Shown one piece after another: positions 1-8,459 of a stretch of DNA of 64,000 bases (positions within the stretch are counted from its first letter, which is position 1; each line of letters begins with the position of its first letter). The position numbers and the translations under genes were made by a program. The DNA comes from Alphaproteobacteria bacterium (GTDB lineage Bacteria; Pseudomonadota; Alphaproteobacteria; CALMVH01). Below the pieces are notes generated by a model that ran no database searches, was not told the origin of the DNA, and saw only the letters and a program-made list of their open reading frames with translations. The DNA is taken from contig CBDAQZ010000004.1 in assembly GCA_965199335.1 (NCBI GenBank), positions 448,666-512,665 of the forward strand, read 5' to 3'.

Positions 1-591
1 CTGATCGCCGATGCCGGCTTGGTCGGCCTGCCCAATGCCGGCAAGTCCACCTTCCTGGCCGCCTGCAGCCGCGCCAAGCCCAAGATCGCGGACTACCCCT
101 TCACCACGCTGTGGCCCAACCTCGGCGTCGTCAATGTCGGCGAGGGCGAGTTCGTGCTGGCCGACATCCCCGGCCTGATCGAGGGCGCGCATGAGGGCCA
201 TGGCCTGGGCGACCGCTTCCTGGGCCACGTCGAGCGCACCTCCGTCCTGCTGCACCTGATCGACGCGACCGAGGACGACGTGGTCGGCGCCTACAAGACC
301 ATCCGCGCCGAGTTGAAGGCCTACGGCAACGGGCTGGAGGAAAAGCCCGAGCTGCTGGCGCTGAACAAGATCGACGCCGTCGATCCCAACGCGCTGAAGC
401 TGAAGGTCAAGGCGCTGAAGAAAGCCGCCAAGCGCGAGCCGCTGGTGCTGTCGGCCGCGACCGGGATGGGCGTCGAGCCGGCGCTGTTCAAGCTGCTGGA
501 ATACGTCGTCGCCTCCCGCGCACCCAAGGTCGAGCCCCAAGAGGGCGAACCCGCCTGGGAGCCCGACTTGCCAAGATACGAATCGACCTGA
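1..591 (+). CDS. obg: GTPase Obg/CgtA, C-terminal part; the 5' end lies upstream of the window
   Basis: The ORF is in frame from base 1. It has a G1 P-loop GLPNAGKST, the DIPGLIEGA switch motif, NKID G4 and a C-terminal Obg tail. Confidence 0.9.
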   Translation: MIADAGLVGLPNAGKSTFLAACSRAKPKIADYPFTTLWPNLGVVNVGEGEFVLADIPGLIEGAHEGHGLGDRFLGHVERTSVLLHLIDATEDDVVGAYKTIRAELKAYGNGLEEKPELLALNKIDAVDPNALKLKVKALKKAAKREPLVLSAATGMGVEPALFKLLEYVVASRAPKVEPQEGEPAWEPDLPRYEST

Positions 592-615
592 CCTTCCAAT
601 CGTTCAAGGCAAATA

Positions 616-1476
616 CTAAGCCAGCGCGCTGGTCACCGTCATCGCCAGGCCGAACAGGATGATCAGCGTCGCGCCGCCGATCTCGATGATGCGGGTCAGG
701 CGTTCGGTGGTGCCGCTCTTCCGCGCTTCCAGCCTTTGCATCACCACTGCCCGGGCAACGATGCTGGCGATGCCCAGTGCGATCATGGTCAGCGCCATAC
801 CGAAGGCGATCACCGCCACCATCAGAATGCCCAGCGGCACGACGTCGTTGGCGAAGGCATAGATCAGCAGCAGCACCGCGCCCGAGCACGGGGCGATGCC
901 GACGGTGAAGGACAGCAAGCCCTGCTTGCCGCCGTCATGCGTGTGGGCGCCATGAGTATGCCCACACGACTCGCTGTGCTCGTGGCCGTCGCGACGCAGG
1001 GCCCGCCACATCATGTACGCACCGGCAAGCGCGATACAGGCATAGCTGGCGGTGCGCAGGCCCGGCATGTCGCCGGTCGGCCCCCATAGCCGCGTCGCCA
1101 GATAATGCGCTATCAGCACGATGACGATGGCCGAAATGACATGCAGCACCGCGATCTGAGTTCCCATCATGAAGCCGCGCCACACCCGCCGCTGGTGCGC
1201 CAGGAAATAGGTGACGACGACGAACTTGCCGTGACCGGGCCCCAGCGCGTGGAAGACGCCATAGGTAAAAGCGAGGCCGACCGCCAGCCATAGCGCCTGC
1301 GGGTCGGTGCCATCCTTCGCAGCGCGCAAGTGATGCGCCAGGTCGCGGTTGAAGCTGCGCTGCAGCTCGATCCCGTAATTCAGGACGGCGGTTGCATTTG
1401 TCAGCAGGTACTCGGGCATGAGAACGACGGAGATCAATACGCAAATCGCAAAGCCGATCAACGATGCGCGCTTCAT
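616..1476 (-). CDS. Nickel/cobalt efflux or transporter, NicO/RcnA family membrane protein
   Basis: Polytopic membrane protein with a His-rich loop (HGHTHGAHTHDGG) and an HALGPGHGK motif typical of NicO/RcnA-type metal transporters. Confidence 0.7.
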   Translation of the reverse strand: MKRASLIGFAICVLISVVLMPEYLLTNATAVLNYGIELQRSFNRDLAHHLRAAKDGTDPQALWLAVGLAFTYGVFHALGPGHGKFVVVTYFLAHQRRVWRGFMMGTQIAVLHVISAIVIVLIAHYLATRLWGPTGDMPGLRTASYACIALAGAYMMWRALRRDGHEHSESCGHTHGAHTHDGGKQGLLSFTVGIAPCSGAVLLLIYAFANDVVPLGILMVAVIAFGMALTMIALGIASIVARAVVMQRLEARKSGTTERLTRIIEIGGATLIILFGLAMTVTSALA

Positions 1477-1814
1477 TGACCCCTCCCGGCGGGAGAGGAT
1501 TTAATCAGATTGGATATGAGCCGTTTCATTTCAGCCCGATCGGGCGGCCATGTTTGACCGGCATGCGCAGCCTGTTGCGATGGCCCGTATCCGTCAAGGT
1601 AAGGTTTTGCCGCGCCGGCTCCGGCGGGACCGGCCTACGCAATCGTTCGCGTAGCCTGGCGAGGGGCCGCAGAACACCCGCTATACCGCGCCAGACGGCT
1701 TCAAGGATCGTTTCACCGATCAATTCCCACAGTAAGGCCCAAACCTCTTCCATGGCGTGCTTCCTTATCAAACCCATCCACAGGAAGCCAGACTGACCCT
1801 TTTCTGTGGCCGGA

Positions 1815-2414
1815 TCATGTCGGCTTGCAGGTGAAGCGGATGACCTCGGGCGTGACCTGGTTGAAATACAGCTTGTGCGCCGGGTCGGGCGCGATCGTGT
1901 CGCTGCATTGGCCGGGCGCGATGCCGGACAGGGTGATCGGGTCCCTGGCCGACAGGCCCAGATCGTCGAAGAAGGTCGGGTCGTACAGCCCCGCCTCGAC
2001 CTTGTGCTTCACGGGGTCCAGCGGTTCGGGCAGGGTCAGGGTGAAGCGGAAGCGCACCTGGCCGTTTTCCAGCGTCGGCTTGAAGTTGCCGACCTTGGTG
2101 ATCCTCACCTCCCTGCCGTCGACGCGCACATGGGTGAACCACAGGAACGTATCGTCGCCATAGCCGGGCAGCACCTGCTTTTCCAGTTCCGCCGCATCCT
2201 TCGCGTCGAAATACCCCTTATGCGCGGTGTCGAAATCCTCGATCATCTGGGCGCTGAAGATCTCGTCGAACAGCCAGTCGAGGTCCACGGCAATCAGCTT
2301 GCCGTGGTCGAAAACGAAATTGGCCCGCGTCTCGACCCAGACATGGGGATGGGCATACGCGGGTGTCGCCGTGAGGATGGAAAGGAAAATCAGCGCGCGA
2401 AATACTGCCGACAT
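1815..2414 (-). CDS. DUF1007 family periplasmic protein, the usual partner of NicO-type transporters
   Basis: Signal peptide followed by an HPHVW motif. It is co-oriented and upstream of the NicO gene, which is the classic DUF1007–NicO operon arrangement. Confidence 0.65.
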   Translation of the reverse strand: MSAVFRALIFLSILTATPAYAHPHVWVETRANFVFDHGKLIAVDLDWLFDEIFSAQMIEDFDTAHKGYFDAKDAAELEKQVLPGYGDDTFLWFTHVRVDGREVRITKVGNFKPTLENGQVRFRFTLTLPEPLDPVKHKVEAGLYDPTFFDDLGLSARDPITLSGIAPGQCSDTIAPDPAHKLYFNQVTPEVIRFTCKPT

Positions 2415-2441
2415 CCGGTCCCCGACATCCGATTTTTAGAG

Positions 2442-2517
2442 TGGTGGGCGAGGAGGGACTTGAACCCCCAACCAGACCGTTATGAGCGGCCGGCTCTAAC
2501 CATTGAGCTACTCGCCC
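2442..2517 (-). tRNA. tRNA-Met, or Ile2, with anticodon CAU
   Basis: The reverse complement folds as a cloverleaf: GGGCGAG acceptor stem, GCTC/GAGC D-stem, anticodon loop CTCATAA, TTCAAGT T-loop and an encoded CCA. Confidence 0.8.
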
Positions 2518-2570
2518 TCCGGCGCGACTGTGCCAAGGCAGGGGCAAAGGCGCAAGTACCGTTGACGATT

Positions 2571-2591
2571 CCCCTCTTCCAGCGGGAGAGG
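2571..2591. repeat. Short GC hairpin motif CCTCTTCC-AGCG-GGAGAGG, a member of the GGGAGAGG palindrome family
   Basis: Inverted repeat read directly from the sequence. Related copies sit at 1482-1498, 3617-3634, 3716-3731 and 32849-32869. Confidence 0.5.
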
Positions 2592-2605
2592 TTATAATTA
2601 CGTTA

Positions 2606-2677
2606 TGTCATCCTGGCCTTGAGCTAGGATCTCTATCCGCGCGGTGACAGATCCCGGGTCAAGCCCGGGATGACAGC
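2606..2677. repeat. Dispersed palindromic element, GTCATCCYGG...CCCGGGATGAC family, copy a
   Basis: Terminal inverted repeats gtcatcctgg and cccgggatgac enclose an internal palindrome atcccgggtcaagcccgggat. It is near-identical in architecture to the copy at 22234-22304. Confidence 0.6.
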
Positions 2678-2694
2678 CTATGGCGGTAAAGAAT

Positions 2695-3612
2695 TCACCG
2701 TCCCCGTGGATGCGCCGCCGCATGGACTTCCAGCAGCTTCTCGGCATCGATCTCGGTATAGCGCTGCGTCGTCGACAGCGAGGCGTGGCCCAGCAGTTCC
2801 TGGATCGCGCGCAGTTCGCCGCCGCCGGCCAGCAGGTGGGTCGCGAAGCTGTGGCGCAGGGCGTGCGGGGTGGCAGTTTCAGGCAGCTGCAATTGCCGCC
2901 GCACGGTGCGCATCTGCCGTTGCGCCACGCCAGGATTCAGCGCCTCGCCCTTTTCGCCGACGAACAGCGGTCCGCCCGGCGGCAGCGCATAGGGACAGGC
3001 GGCGACATAGGCGGCGAGCGCCTCGGCGACGACCGGCAGCAACGGCACCAGCCGTTGCTTGTCGCCCTTCCCGGTGACGCGCAGCATGTCGCCCTGTGCC
3101 TCGCCACGCGTCAGGCCCAGCGCCTCGGAGATACGCAGGCCGCAGCCATACAGCAGGGTGAACAGCGCCCGGTCGCGCAGGCCGACCCAGCCCTCGCCGG
3201 CATTCTCGGCCTGGTCCAGCAGGCGGCCGGTGTCGGTTTCGGTCAGCGGGCGCGGCAGCGAGCGCGGCAGCTTGGGGCTTTTCACCAGCGCGATCGCGGC
3301 GTTGTGCAGGATGCCGCGCCGGTCGAGGAACTTGTAGAAATTGCGCACCGACGACAGGGCGCGGGCGCGGCTTTGCGGGGCAAGCTCTTCACGTGCCAGA
3401 TGCGCCAGCCAGCTGCGGAAATCGCCGAGGGTCATCGCGCTGAGGATGCCGTGCGACACCGTGCCGCCGCGATGGCCGGCCAGGAAGCCCAGGAAGGCGA
3501 AGACATCCTGGCGATAGGCCTCCACCGTGTTGACCGACAGCCGCCGCTCGCCCGTCAGCCAAGATTGCCACTGTTCCAGGGAAGCCTGAGTGTCGGCGGC
3601 GACGGGAAGCAA
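2695..3612 (-). CDS. xerC: Tyrosine recombinase XerC
   Basis: An N-terminal SAM-like domain is followed by a catalytic domain with the R...HxLRHxxAT...Y signature (HALRHSFATHLL, LGHASLSTTQRYT). The DUF484 gene immediately upstream gives the classic yigA–xerC context. Confidence 0.9.
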   Translation of the reverse strand: MLPVAADTQASLEQWQSWLTGERRLSVNTVEAYRQDVFAFLGFLAGHRGGTVSHGILSAMTLGDFRSWLAHLAREELAPQSRARALSSVRNFYKFLDRRGILHNAAIALVKSPKLPRSLPRPLTETDTGRLLDQAENAGEGWVGLRDRALFTLLYGCGLRISEALGLTRGEAQGDMLRVTGKGDKQRLVPLLPVVAEALAAYVAACPYALPPGGPLFVGEKGEALNPGVAQRQMRTVRRQLQLPETATPHALRHSFATHLLAGGGELRAIQELLGHASLSTTQRYTEIDAEKLLEVHAAAHPRGR

Positions 3613-3737
3613 TCAATCCTCTCCCTCATGGGAGAGAGCAGGGTGAGGGTGTGCCGCAGCACCGCCGTAGCCCACACCCACACCCACACCCGGCGGGCTT
3701 GCGCCCGCCGACCTGTCCCATGAGGGAGAGGTGAAAT
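3613..3737. repeat. Structured intergenic element with nested inverted repeats and a (CACACC)4 tract
   Basis: Outer inverted repeat cctctccctcatggga (3617-3632) pairs with cccatgagggagagg (3717-3731). Inner inverted repeat gggtgagggtgtg pairs with cacacccacaccc, and a central hairpin cggcgggcttgcgcccgccg is also present. Confidence 0.5.
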
Positions 3738-4463
3738 TCACTCCGGCAAATCCAGCCAAGAGCGGATGCAGCGTTCGACGACGCGGGCCAGGAAGCCGAC
3801 CAGTTCGGTGCCCTGCCCGTCCTGGAACAGCTCATGCGAACGGCTGCCGAAGGCCAGCATGCCGACCGGCGCGTGGCGGGAGGCTTCCAGCCGCAGCAGC
3901 GCCTCGGACCGCACCAGCCCCGCGCCTTCGCCGTAGATCTCGGGATCGCCCTCGATGTCGCTGCGCAGCAGCACGTCCTTCCTACCCATCCAGAAATCGA
4001 CGCTGCCGGGCGGCACGATGCGGATATCGGCGCGGCTCATCGCCAGCACTTCCGGATCGTCGGCCTCGATCATCAGCGCCGCGATGTCGACATCCAGGTA
4101 CACCGCCAGGTCGCCAGTGACGGAGGTTATCATCTCCTCGAAGCTTTCGGCCTCCAGCAGCGCCAGCACGCAGGCATGGATGCGTGTCAAGAGGTTCAGG
4201 TTGGTGCGCGCATGCGCGATCATGTCCTGCCGTTCCTCGACCCCGCGCGCCAGGTCGGTCTGCAGCCGGCGCAGCATGAAGTGCTGGAAATCGACCACGC
4301 TGTTCGAGCGGCTATGCTTCTGCGTCGCGGGCGGCACCAGCTTGGCCAGCACGTCGGGATGCGCGGCGAAGAAATCGGGATGGCTGGCCAGATAGTCGAT
4401 CACCTCGTCCGCGCGGACCGGCGGGGAGGCGTTTCCGGTTGTCTCTGTAGAATCCTGGGCCAT
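3738..4463 (-). CDS. DUF484 (YigA-like) protein
   Basis: The N-terminus after M38 reads MAQDST...VIDYLASHPDFFAAHPDVLAKL, typical of DUF484, and the gene sits directly upstream of xerC. The annotated ORF is longer (to 4574) but would overlap the priA start. Confidence 0.65.
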   Translation of the reverse strand: MAQDSTETTGNASPPVRADEVIDYLASHPDFFAAHPDVLAKLVPPATQKHSRSNSVVDFQHFMLRRLQTDLARGVEERQDMIAHARTNLNLLTRIHACVLALLEAESFEEMITSVTGDLAVYLDVDIAALMIEADDPEVLAMSRADIRIVPPGSVDFWMGRKDVLLRSDIEGDPEIYGEGAGLVRSEALLRLEASRHAPVGMLAFGSRSHELFQDGQGTELVGFLARVVERCIRSWLDLPE

Positions 4464-4515
4464 GGTCCATGGTGAATCCGCCACGGCGCGTTTGCAAGCC
4501 AAATCGTTAATCATT

Positions 4516-6723
4516 ATGCCCATTGTACCGATGGACACTTCGACACCCACACCGCTTTCGGGACGCGCCGGCATATTGCTGCCGGTCGCGGTCGACCAGG
4601 TTTTCGACTATGCCCTGCCCCAGGGCGTGGAACTGGCATCTGGCACGTTCGTCTCGGTACCGTTCCGCGGCAAGGGCACCGCCGTCGGCGTCGTGTGGGG
4701 CGCGGCGCAGGGCGACGTCGCGCCGGGCAGGCTGAAGACCATCGGCGACGTGCTGGATCTTCCGCCACTGACGCCGGAACTGCTGGAATTCGTCCGCTGG
4801 GTCGCCGCGTACACGATGACGCCGCTGGGCATGGTGCTGCGCATGGTGATGAGCGCCCCCGCCGCCTTCGGCACCATGCCGCAGCGAACGCTGTACCGGG
4901 TGCCTGACACGCTGGACGGCGAGCTGACCCCTAAACGGCAAGCGGTGGTTGCCGTGCTGCGCGACGGCCATGCGATGACGCTGACAGACCTGGCGCGGGA
5001 GGCGGCGGTCGGGCCTTCGGTGATCAAGGCCATGGCAGCGCAGGGCCTGCTGGAACCGGTCACCGCCCGACGGCGCTCCTTGCGCGCCGGGACGCTGGAC
5101 CCCGAATACCGCACGCCGCACTTGACGCTGGATCAGAACGTGGCGGCGTCGAAGCTGCGCGGCGCCGTGGCGCAGGACAGATACAGCGTCACATTGCTGG
5201 ACGGCGTCACCGGCTCGGGTAAGACGGAAGTCTATTTCGAGGCGATCGCGCAGGCGCTTGCCATGGGGAAACAGGCGCTGATCCTGGTGCCGGAGATCGC
5301 ACTGTCGGCGCAGTTCGTCGAGCGCTTCCGCCCGCGCTTCGGCGCCACCCCCGCCTTGTGGCATTCCGACCTGACGCCCGCCCAGCGCCGCGACACCTGG
5401 CGCGGCGTGGCTGAGGGCGGCGTGCGCGTGGTGATCGGCGCGCGTTCCGCCCTGTTCCTGCCCTTCGCCGAGCTGGGCGTGATCGTGGTCGACGAGGAGA
5501 ACGACCCCAGCTTCAAGCAGGAGGAACAGGTCATCTACCAGGCGCGCGACATGGCGGTGGTGCGCGCCAAGCTGGAAGATCTGCCCGCTGTGCTGGTATC
5601 GGCGACGCCCTCGCTGGAGACGCTGGCGAATGTCGACGCGGGGCGCTACGTCCACCTGACCCTGCCCGCGCGCTTCGGCGGCGCGTTGCTGCCCGCGATC
5701 AGGCTGCTGGATTTGCGACAGACGAAGCTGCCGGTGCGGCGCTTCCTGTCGCAGCCGCTGGAAGAGGAGCTGCGCGAGACGCTGGCGGCGGGCGAGCAGA
5801 GCCTGCTGTTCCTCAACCGGCGCGGCTATGCGCCGCTGACCCTGTGCCGCACCTGCGGCCACCGGATGAAATGCCCCAACTGCACCGCCTGGCTGGTGGA
5901 ACACCGGTCGCAGGATCGGCTGATCTGCCATTACTGCGCCCATACCGAGCGCATCCCCGAACGCTGCCCGGAATGCGATTCGGAACATTCGATGGTCCCG
6001 GTCGGCCCGGGGGTCGAGCGCATCGCCGAGGAGGTGCGCGCCCTGTTCCCCGAAGCACGGCTGGCGCTGATGGCCAGCGACCTGATGGAGGGACAGGGCG
6101 TGCTGGCCGACACGTTGCGCCGCATCGGCAGGAACGAGATCGACATCATCGTCGGCACCCAGATCATCGCCAAGGGCCACCATTTTCCCAAGCTGACGCT
6201 GGTCGGTGTCATCGATGCCGATCTGGGCCTGGCCGGCGGGGATTTGCGTGCCGGTGAACGCACCTGGCAATTGATGCAACAGGTCGCCGGCCGCGCCGGC
6301 CGCGCCGAGCACGAGGGCCGCGCCCTGATCCAGACCTACGATCCGCAGCATCCCGTGATGCAGGCGCTGGTATCGGGCGACCGCGAACGCTTCATGCAGG
6401 TGGAGAAATCCGAGCGCCTGTCGGCCTCGATGCCGCCTTATACGCGGCTGGCGGCGCTGATCGTCTCGGGAGAGGACAAGCTGGCTGTCGAGCAAACCGC
6501 GATCACCCTGGGCCGGGTCGCGCCGCATGGGCCGGAGATCCGCGTCCTGGGCCCCGCCCCCGCGCCGATGTTCATGCTGCGCGGCCGCTTCCGCCACCGC
6601 CTGCTGCTGCGGACCGTGCGGACGCTGTCGATCCAGGCGATCGTGCAGGACTGGCTGGACCGCGTCGAAGTCCCGAATGGCGTGCGCGTCCAGGTCGACA
6701 TCGATCCTTACAGCTTCATGTGA
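4516..6723 (+). CDS. priA: Primosomal protein N' (replication restart helicase PriA)
   Basis: A DEAD-like helicase carrying the 4-Cys zinc finger CRTCGHRMKCPNCTAWLVEHRSQDRLICHYCAHTERIPERCPEC. The start was placed at MPIVPMD to avoid overlap with the divergent DUF484 gene. Confidence 0.9.
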   Translation: MPIVPMDTSTPTPLSGRAGILLPVAVDQVFDYALPQGVELASGTFVSVPFRGKGTAVGVVWGAAQGDVAPGRLKTIGDVLDLPPLTPELLEFVRWVAAYTMTPLGMVLRMVMSAPAAFGTMPQRTLYRVPDTLDGELTPKRQAVVAVLRDGHAMTLTDLAREAAVGPSVIKAMAAQGLLEPVTARRRSLRAGTLDPEYRTPHLTLDQNVAASKLRGAVAQDRYSVTLLDGVTGSGKTEVYFEAIAQALAMGKQALILVPEIALSAQFVERFRPRFGATPALWHSDLTPAQRRDTWRGVAEGGVRVVIGARSALFLPFAELGVIVVDEENDPSFKQEEQVIYQARDMAVVRAKLEDLPAVLVSATPSLETLANVDAGRYVHLTLPARFGGALLPAIRLLDLRQTKLPVRRFLSQPLEEELRETLAAGEQSLLFLNRRGYAPLTLCRTCGHRMKCPNCTAWLVEHRSQDRLICHYCAHTERIPERCPECDSEHSMVPVGPGVERIAEEVRALFPEARLALMASDLMEGQGVLADTLRRIGRNEIDIIVGTQIIAKGHHFPKLTLVGVIDADLGLAGGDLRAGERTWQLMQQVAGRAGRAEHEGRALIQTYDPQHPVMQALVSGDRERFMQVEKSERLSASMPPYTRLAALIVSGEDKLAVEQTAITLGRVAPHGPEIRVLGPAPAPMFMLRGRFRHRLLLRTVRTLSIQAIVQDWLDRVEVPNGVRVQVDIDPYSFM

Positions 6724-6772
6724 CAATAAGAGAGTTTTGACTCACAAACAATTTGATGATATATGATGGAAT

Positions 6773-7162
6773 ATGAATATCTCAGGCAAATGGATCCTGC
6801 CCTTTTGGCTTGCTGGCTGCGCCCTGGCGGTCTGGCATCTGCTGTATTTGGCGGGCTATAAAATCGACCTGGAGGGCTGGTTGTTCACGGCTTTCCTGTT
6901 GCTGTGCTATTCGTTGCCGCTGTTCCTGCTAACCAAATTTCCCCTTCCTGCGGAACGGTCGCCCGAGCGCTTGATCCTGCTGGCCATGCGGGTTTTGATC
7001 ATCGCGATCAGCCTAGCCACGCCATTGGTTCGGTTCCTGCCCAACTACAAGTCGTCAGCGATGGAAGCGCTGGTATACATCGCTTATCCCGTCGTCGAAG
7101 TCGGTATCATCGGGGTCATGGTGTTGATCGCAGGCGGTATAAAGCAATTCGGAAAACATTAA
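6773..7162 (+). CDS. Hypothetical small integral membrane protein, about four TM segments
   Basis: Hydrophobic 129-aa ORF sitting in a clearly AT-richer segment (6727-7230) than the flanking DNA. Confidence 0.4.
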   Translation: MNISGKWILPFWLAGCALAVWHLLYLAGYKIDLEGWLFTAFLLLCYSLPLFLLTKFPLPAERSPERLILLAMRVLIIAISLATPLVRFLPNYKSSAMEALVYIAYPVVEVGIIGVMVLIAGGIKQFGKH

Positions 7163-7230
7163 TTATTGGTAAATATCTATTGACTTTTTCTCTCTCATAA
7201 AGCAGACTGTGCGACTTTCTGGAGAAATTT

Positions 7231-7878
7231 ATGACCCACATCTATTCACCCCGCCACGAGGCTTACGCAATCGCCAGCCTAGAGCGGCCGCCAGTAACTC
7301 TGGAAGACTGCATGAAGCCGGTTCATGACTCGACCTTGTACAAGGTCGTTCAGCACGGCCTGAAAATGTTCGGTGAAATGGAAACCGTCGAAGTCAGGCC
7401 CCATTCCTGGCTGCTCGAATCCAAGAACAGGGAGAACATACAGGTCGTCCTGGCCAACGACGAAGAGTCCAAGCAGGTCGGACAGGTCAATTTGTCTTTT
7501 GAACCGGATGGCAAGATCACGCTGGAAGCTCACACCAGGAACAATCCTCTCTATCCCGACCTGACACGACGTTTCGACCTCAACGAGAGGACGAAGCGCT
7601 TGATCGGAACCGGTGAGATAACCGGCCCAAGAAGCGTGGAAAACCAGATCGCCGATGGCAGGGCGATCCTGCAGCAGATTGGCGAGGTCTTTTCGCGTGA
7701 TTCGTTGCGGTTCGCGGATGAGTTTCCCAGCACGATGAAAACTATAGATGCAGGCCTCGACAAGTTCCGCACCGATAGCCCGGCAGGCAAGGCGCAGGCT
7801 GGTGCCGCGGCATTGCGACAGCAGATAATCGTGCCCCTGTCCGGACCGACTGCCGCCGGAATGGGAAAGCCGGAATAA
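7231..7878 (+). CDS. Hypothetical protein; no family recognised
   Basis: Clean 215-aa ORF in the low-GC islet. No motif was recognised by eye. Confidence 0.4.
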   Translation: MTHIYSPRHEAYAIASLERPPVTLEDCMKPVHDSTLYKVVQHGLKMFGEMETVEVRPHSWLLESKNRENIQVVLANDEESKQVGQVNLSFEPDGKITLEAHTRNNPLYPDLTRRFDLNERTKRLIGTGEITGPRSVENQIADGRAILQQIGEVFSRDSLRFADEFPSTMKTIDAGLDKFRTDSPAGKAQAGAAALRQQIIVPLSGPTAAGMGKPE

Positions 7879-7909
7879 AATTGACGTTTGCATGGACGTT
7901 TCAGTCGGA

Positions 7910-8458
7910 ATGACTGCAGACCGGCCGTTTTATACCATTGGGCATTCGAACCGCACCCTCGTGGATTTCGTCGCCTTGTTGCGCGAAGCCGGAGTCGCCA
8001 TGCTTGTCGATGTCCGCACCGTGCCGCGTTCGCGCTACAATCCGCAGTTCAACACCGACAGCTTGCCCGCGGCCCTTGCCGAGCATAGGATAGGTTATCG
8101 GCACTTGCCTAGTCTTGGGGGTCGTCGCCCCCAGACCCATGCCCCCTCGCCCAACGATTTCTGGGAGGCAGGCGGCTTCCGCAGTTTCGCGGATTACGCG
8201 CATACGGCTGAGTTTCGTACGGGACTGGCCGGGCTGCTATCGCTACAAGAGGCGCATTCCTGCGCGATCATGTGCGCAGAGGCGAAATGGTGGCAATGCC
8301 ATCGCCGCATCATCACCGACTATCTGCTGGCAGCGGGCGGCACCGTTCGGCACATAGTGGGCATGGGCGACATTCAGGACGCCGTAATGACGCCACAGGC
8401 GCGCAACGGGCCGGACGGCACTCTGGTCTATCCCACGCAAGCGCCCCTGCTGCTTTAG
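7910..8458 (+). CDS. DUF488 family protein
   Basis: FYTIGHSNRT...LVDVRTVPRSRYNPQFN...CAEAKWWQCHRR matches the DUF488 signature. The start was taken at the second Met. Confidence 0.6.
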   Translation: MTADRPFYTIGHSNRTLVDFVALLREAGVAMLVDVRTVPRSRYNPQFNTDSLPAALAEHRIGYRHLPSLGGRRPQTHAPSPNDFWEAGGFRSFADYAHTAEFRTGLAGLLSLQEAHSCAIMCAEAKWWQCHRRIITDYLLAAGGTVRHIVGMGDIQDAVMTPQARNGPDGTLVYPTQAPLLL

Positions 8459-8459
8459 A

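Noticed and set aside
2442-3612. tRNA-Met adjacent to a tyrosine recombinase, a possible integrative element
   Set aside because: The recombinase is xerC in its canonical DUF484(yigA)–xerC chromosomal context, and no direct repeat of the tRNA 3' end or phage/ICE cargo follows. It was judged to be the dimer-resolution recombinase rather than a mobile-element integrase.
2670-3723. Plus-strand ORFs (135 and 347 aa) over xerC
   Set aside because: Antisense to xerC. One starts in the terminal ATG of a dispersed repeat, which is coincidental.
4507-6726. A 739-aa ORF on the minus strand spanning the whole priA gene
   Set aside because: It is antisense to a confidently identified priA. Its protein is Arg/Gly/Ala/His-rich, typical of GC-driven shadow ORFs, with no RBS or family resemblance.
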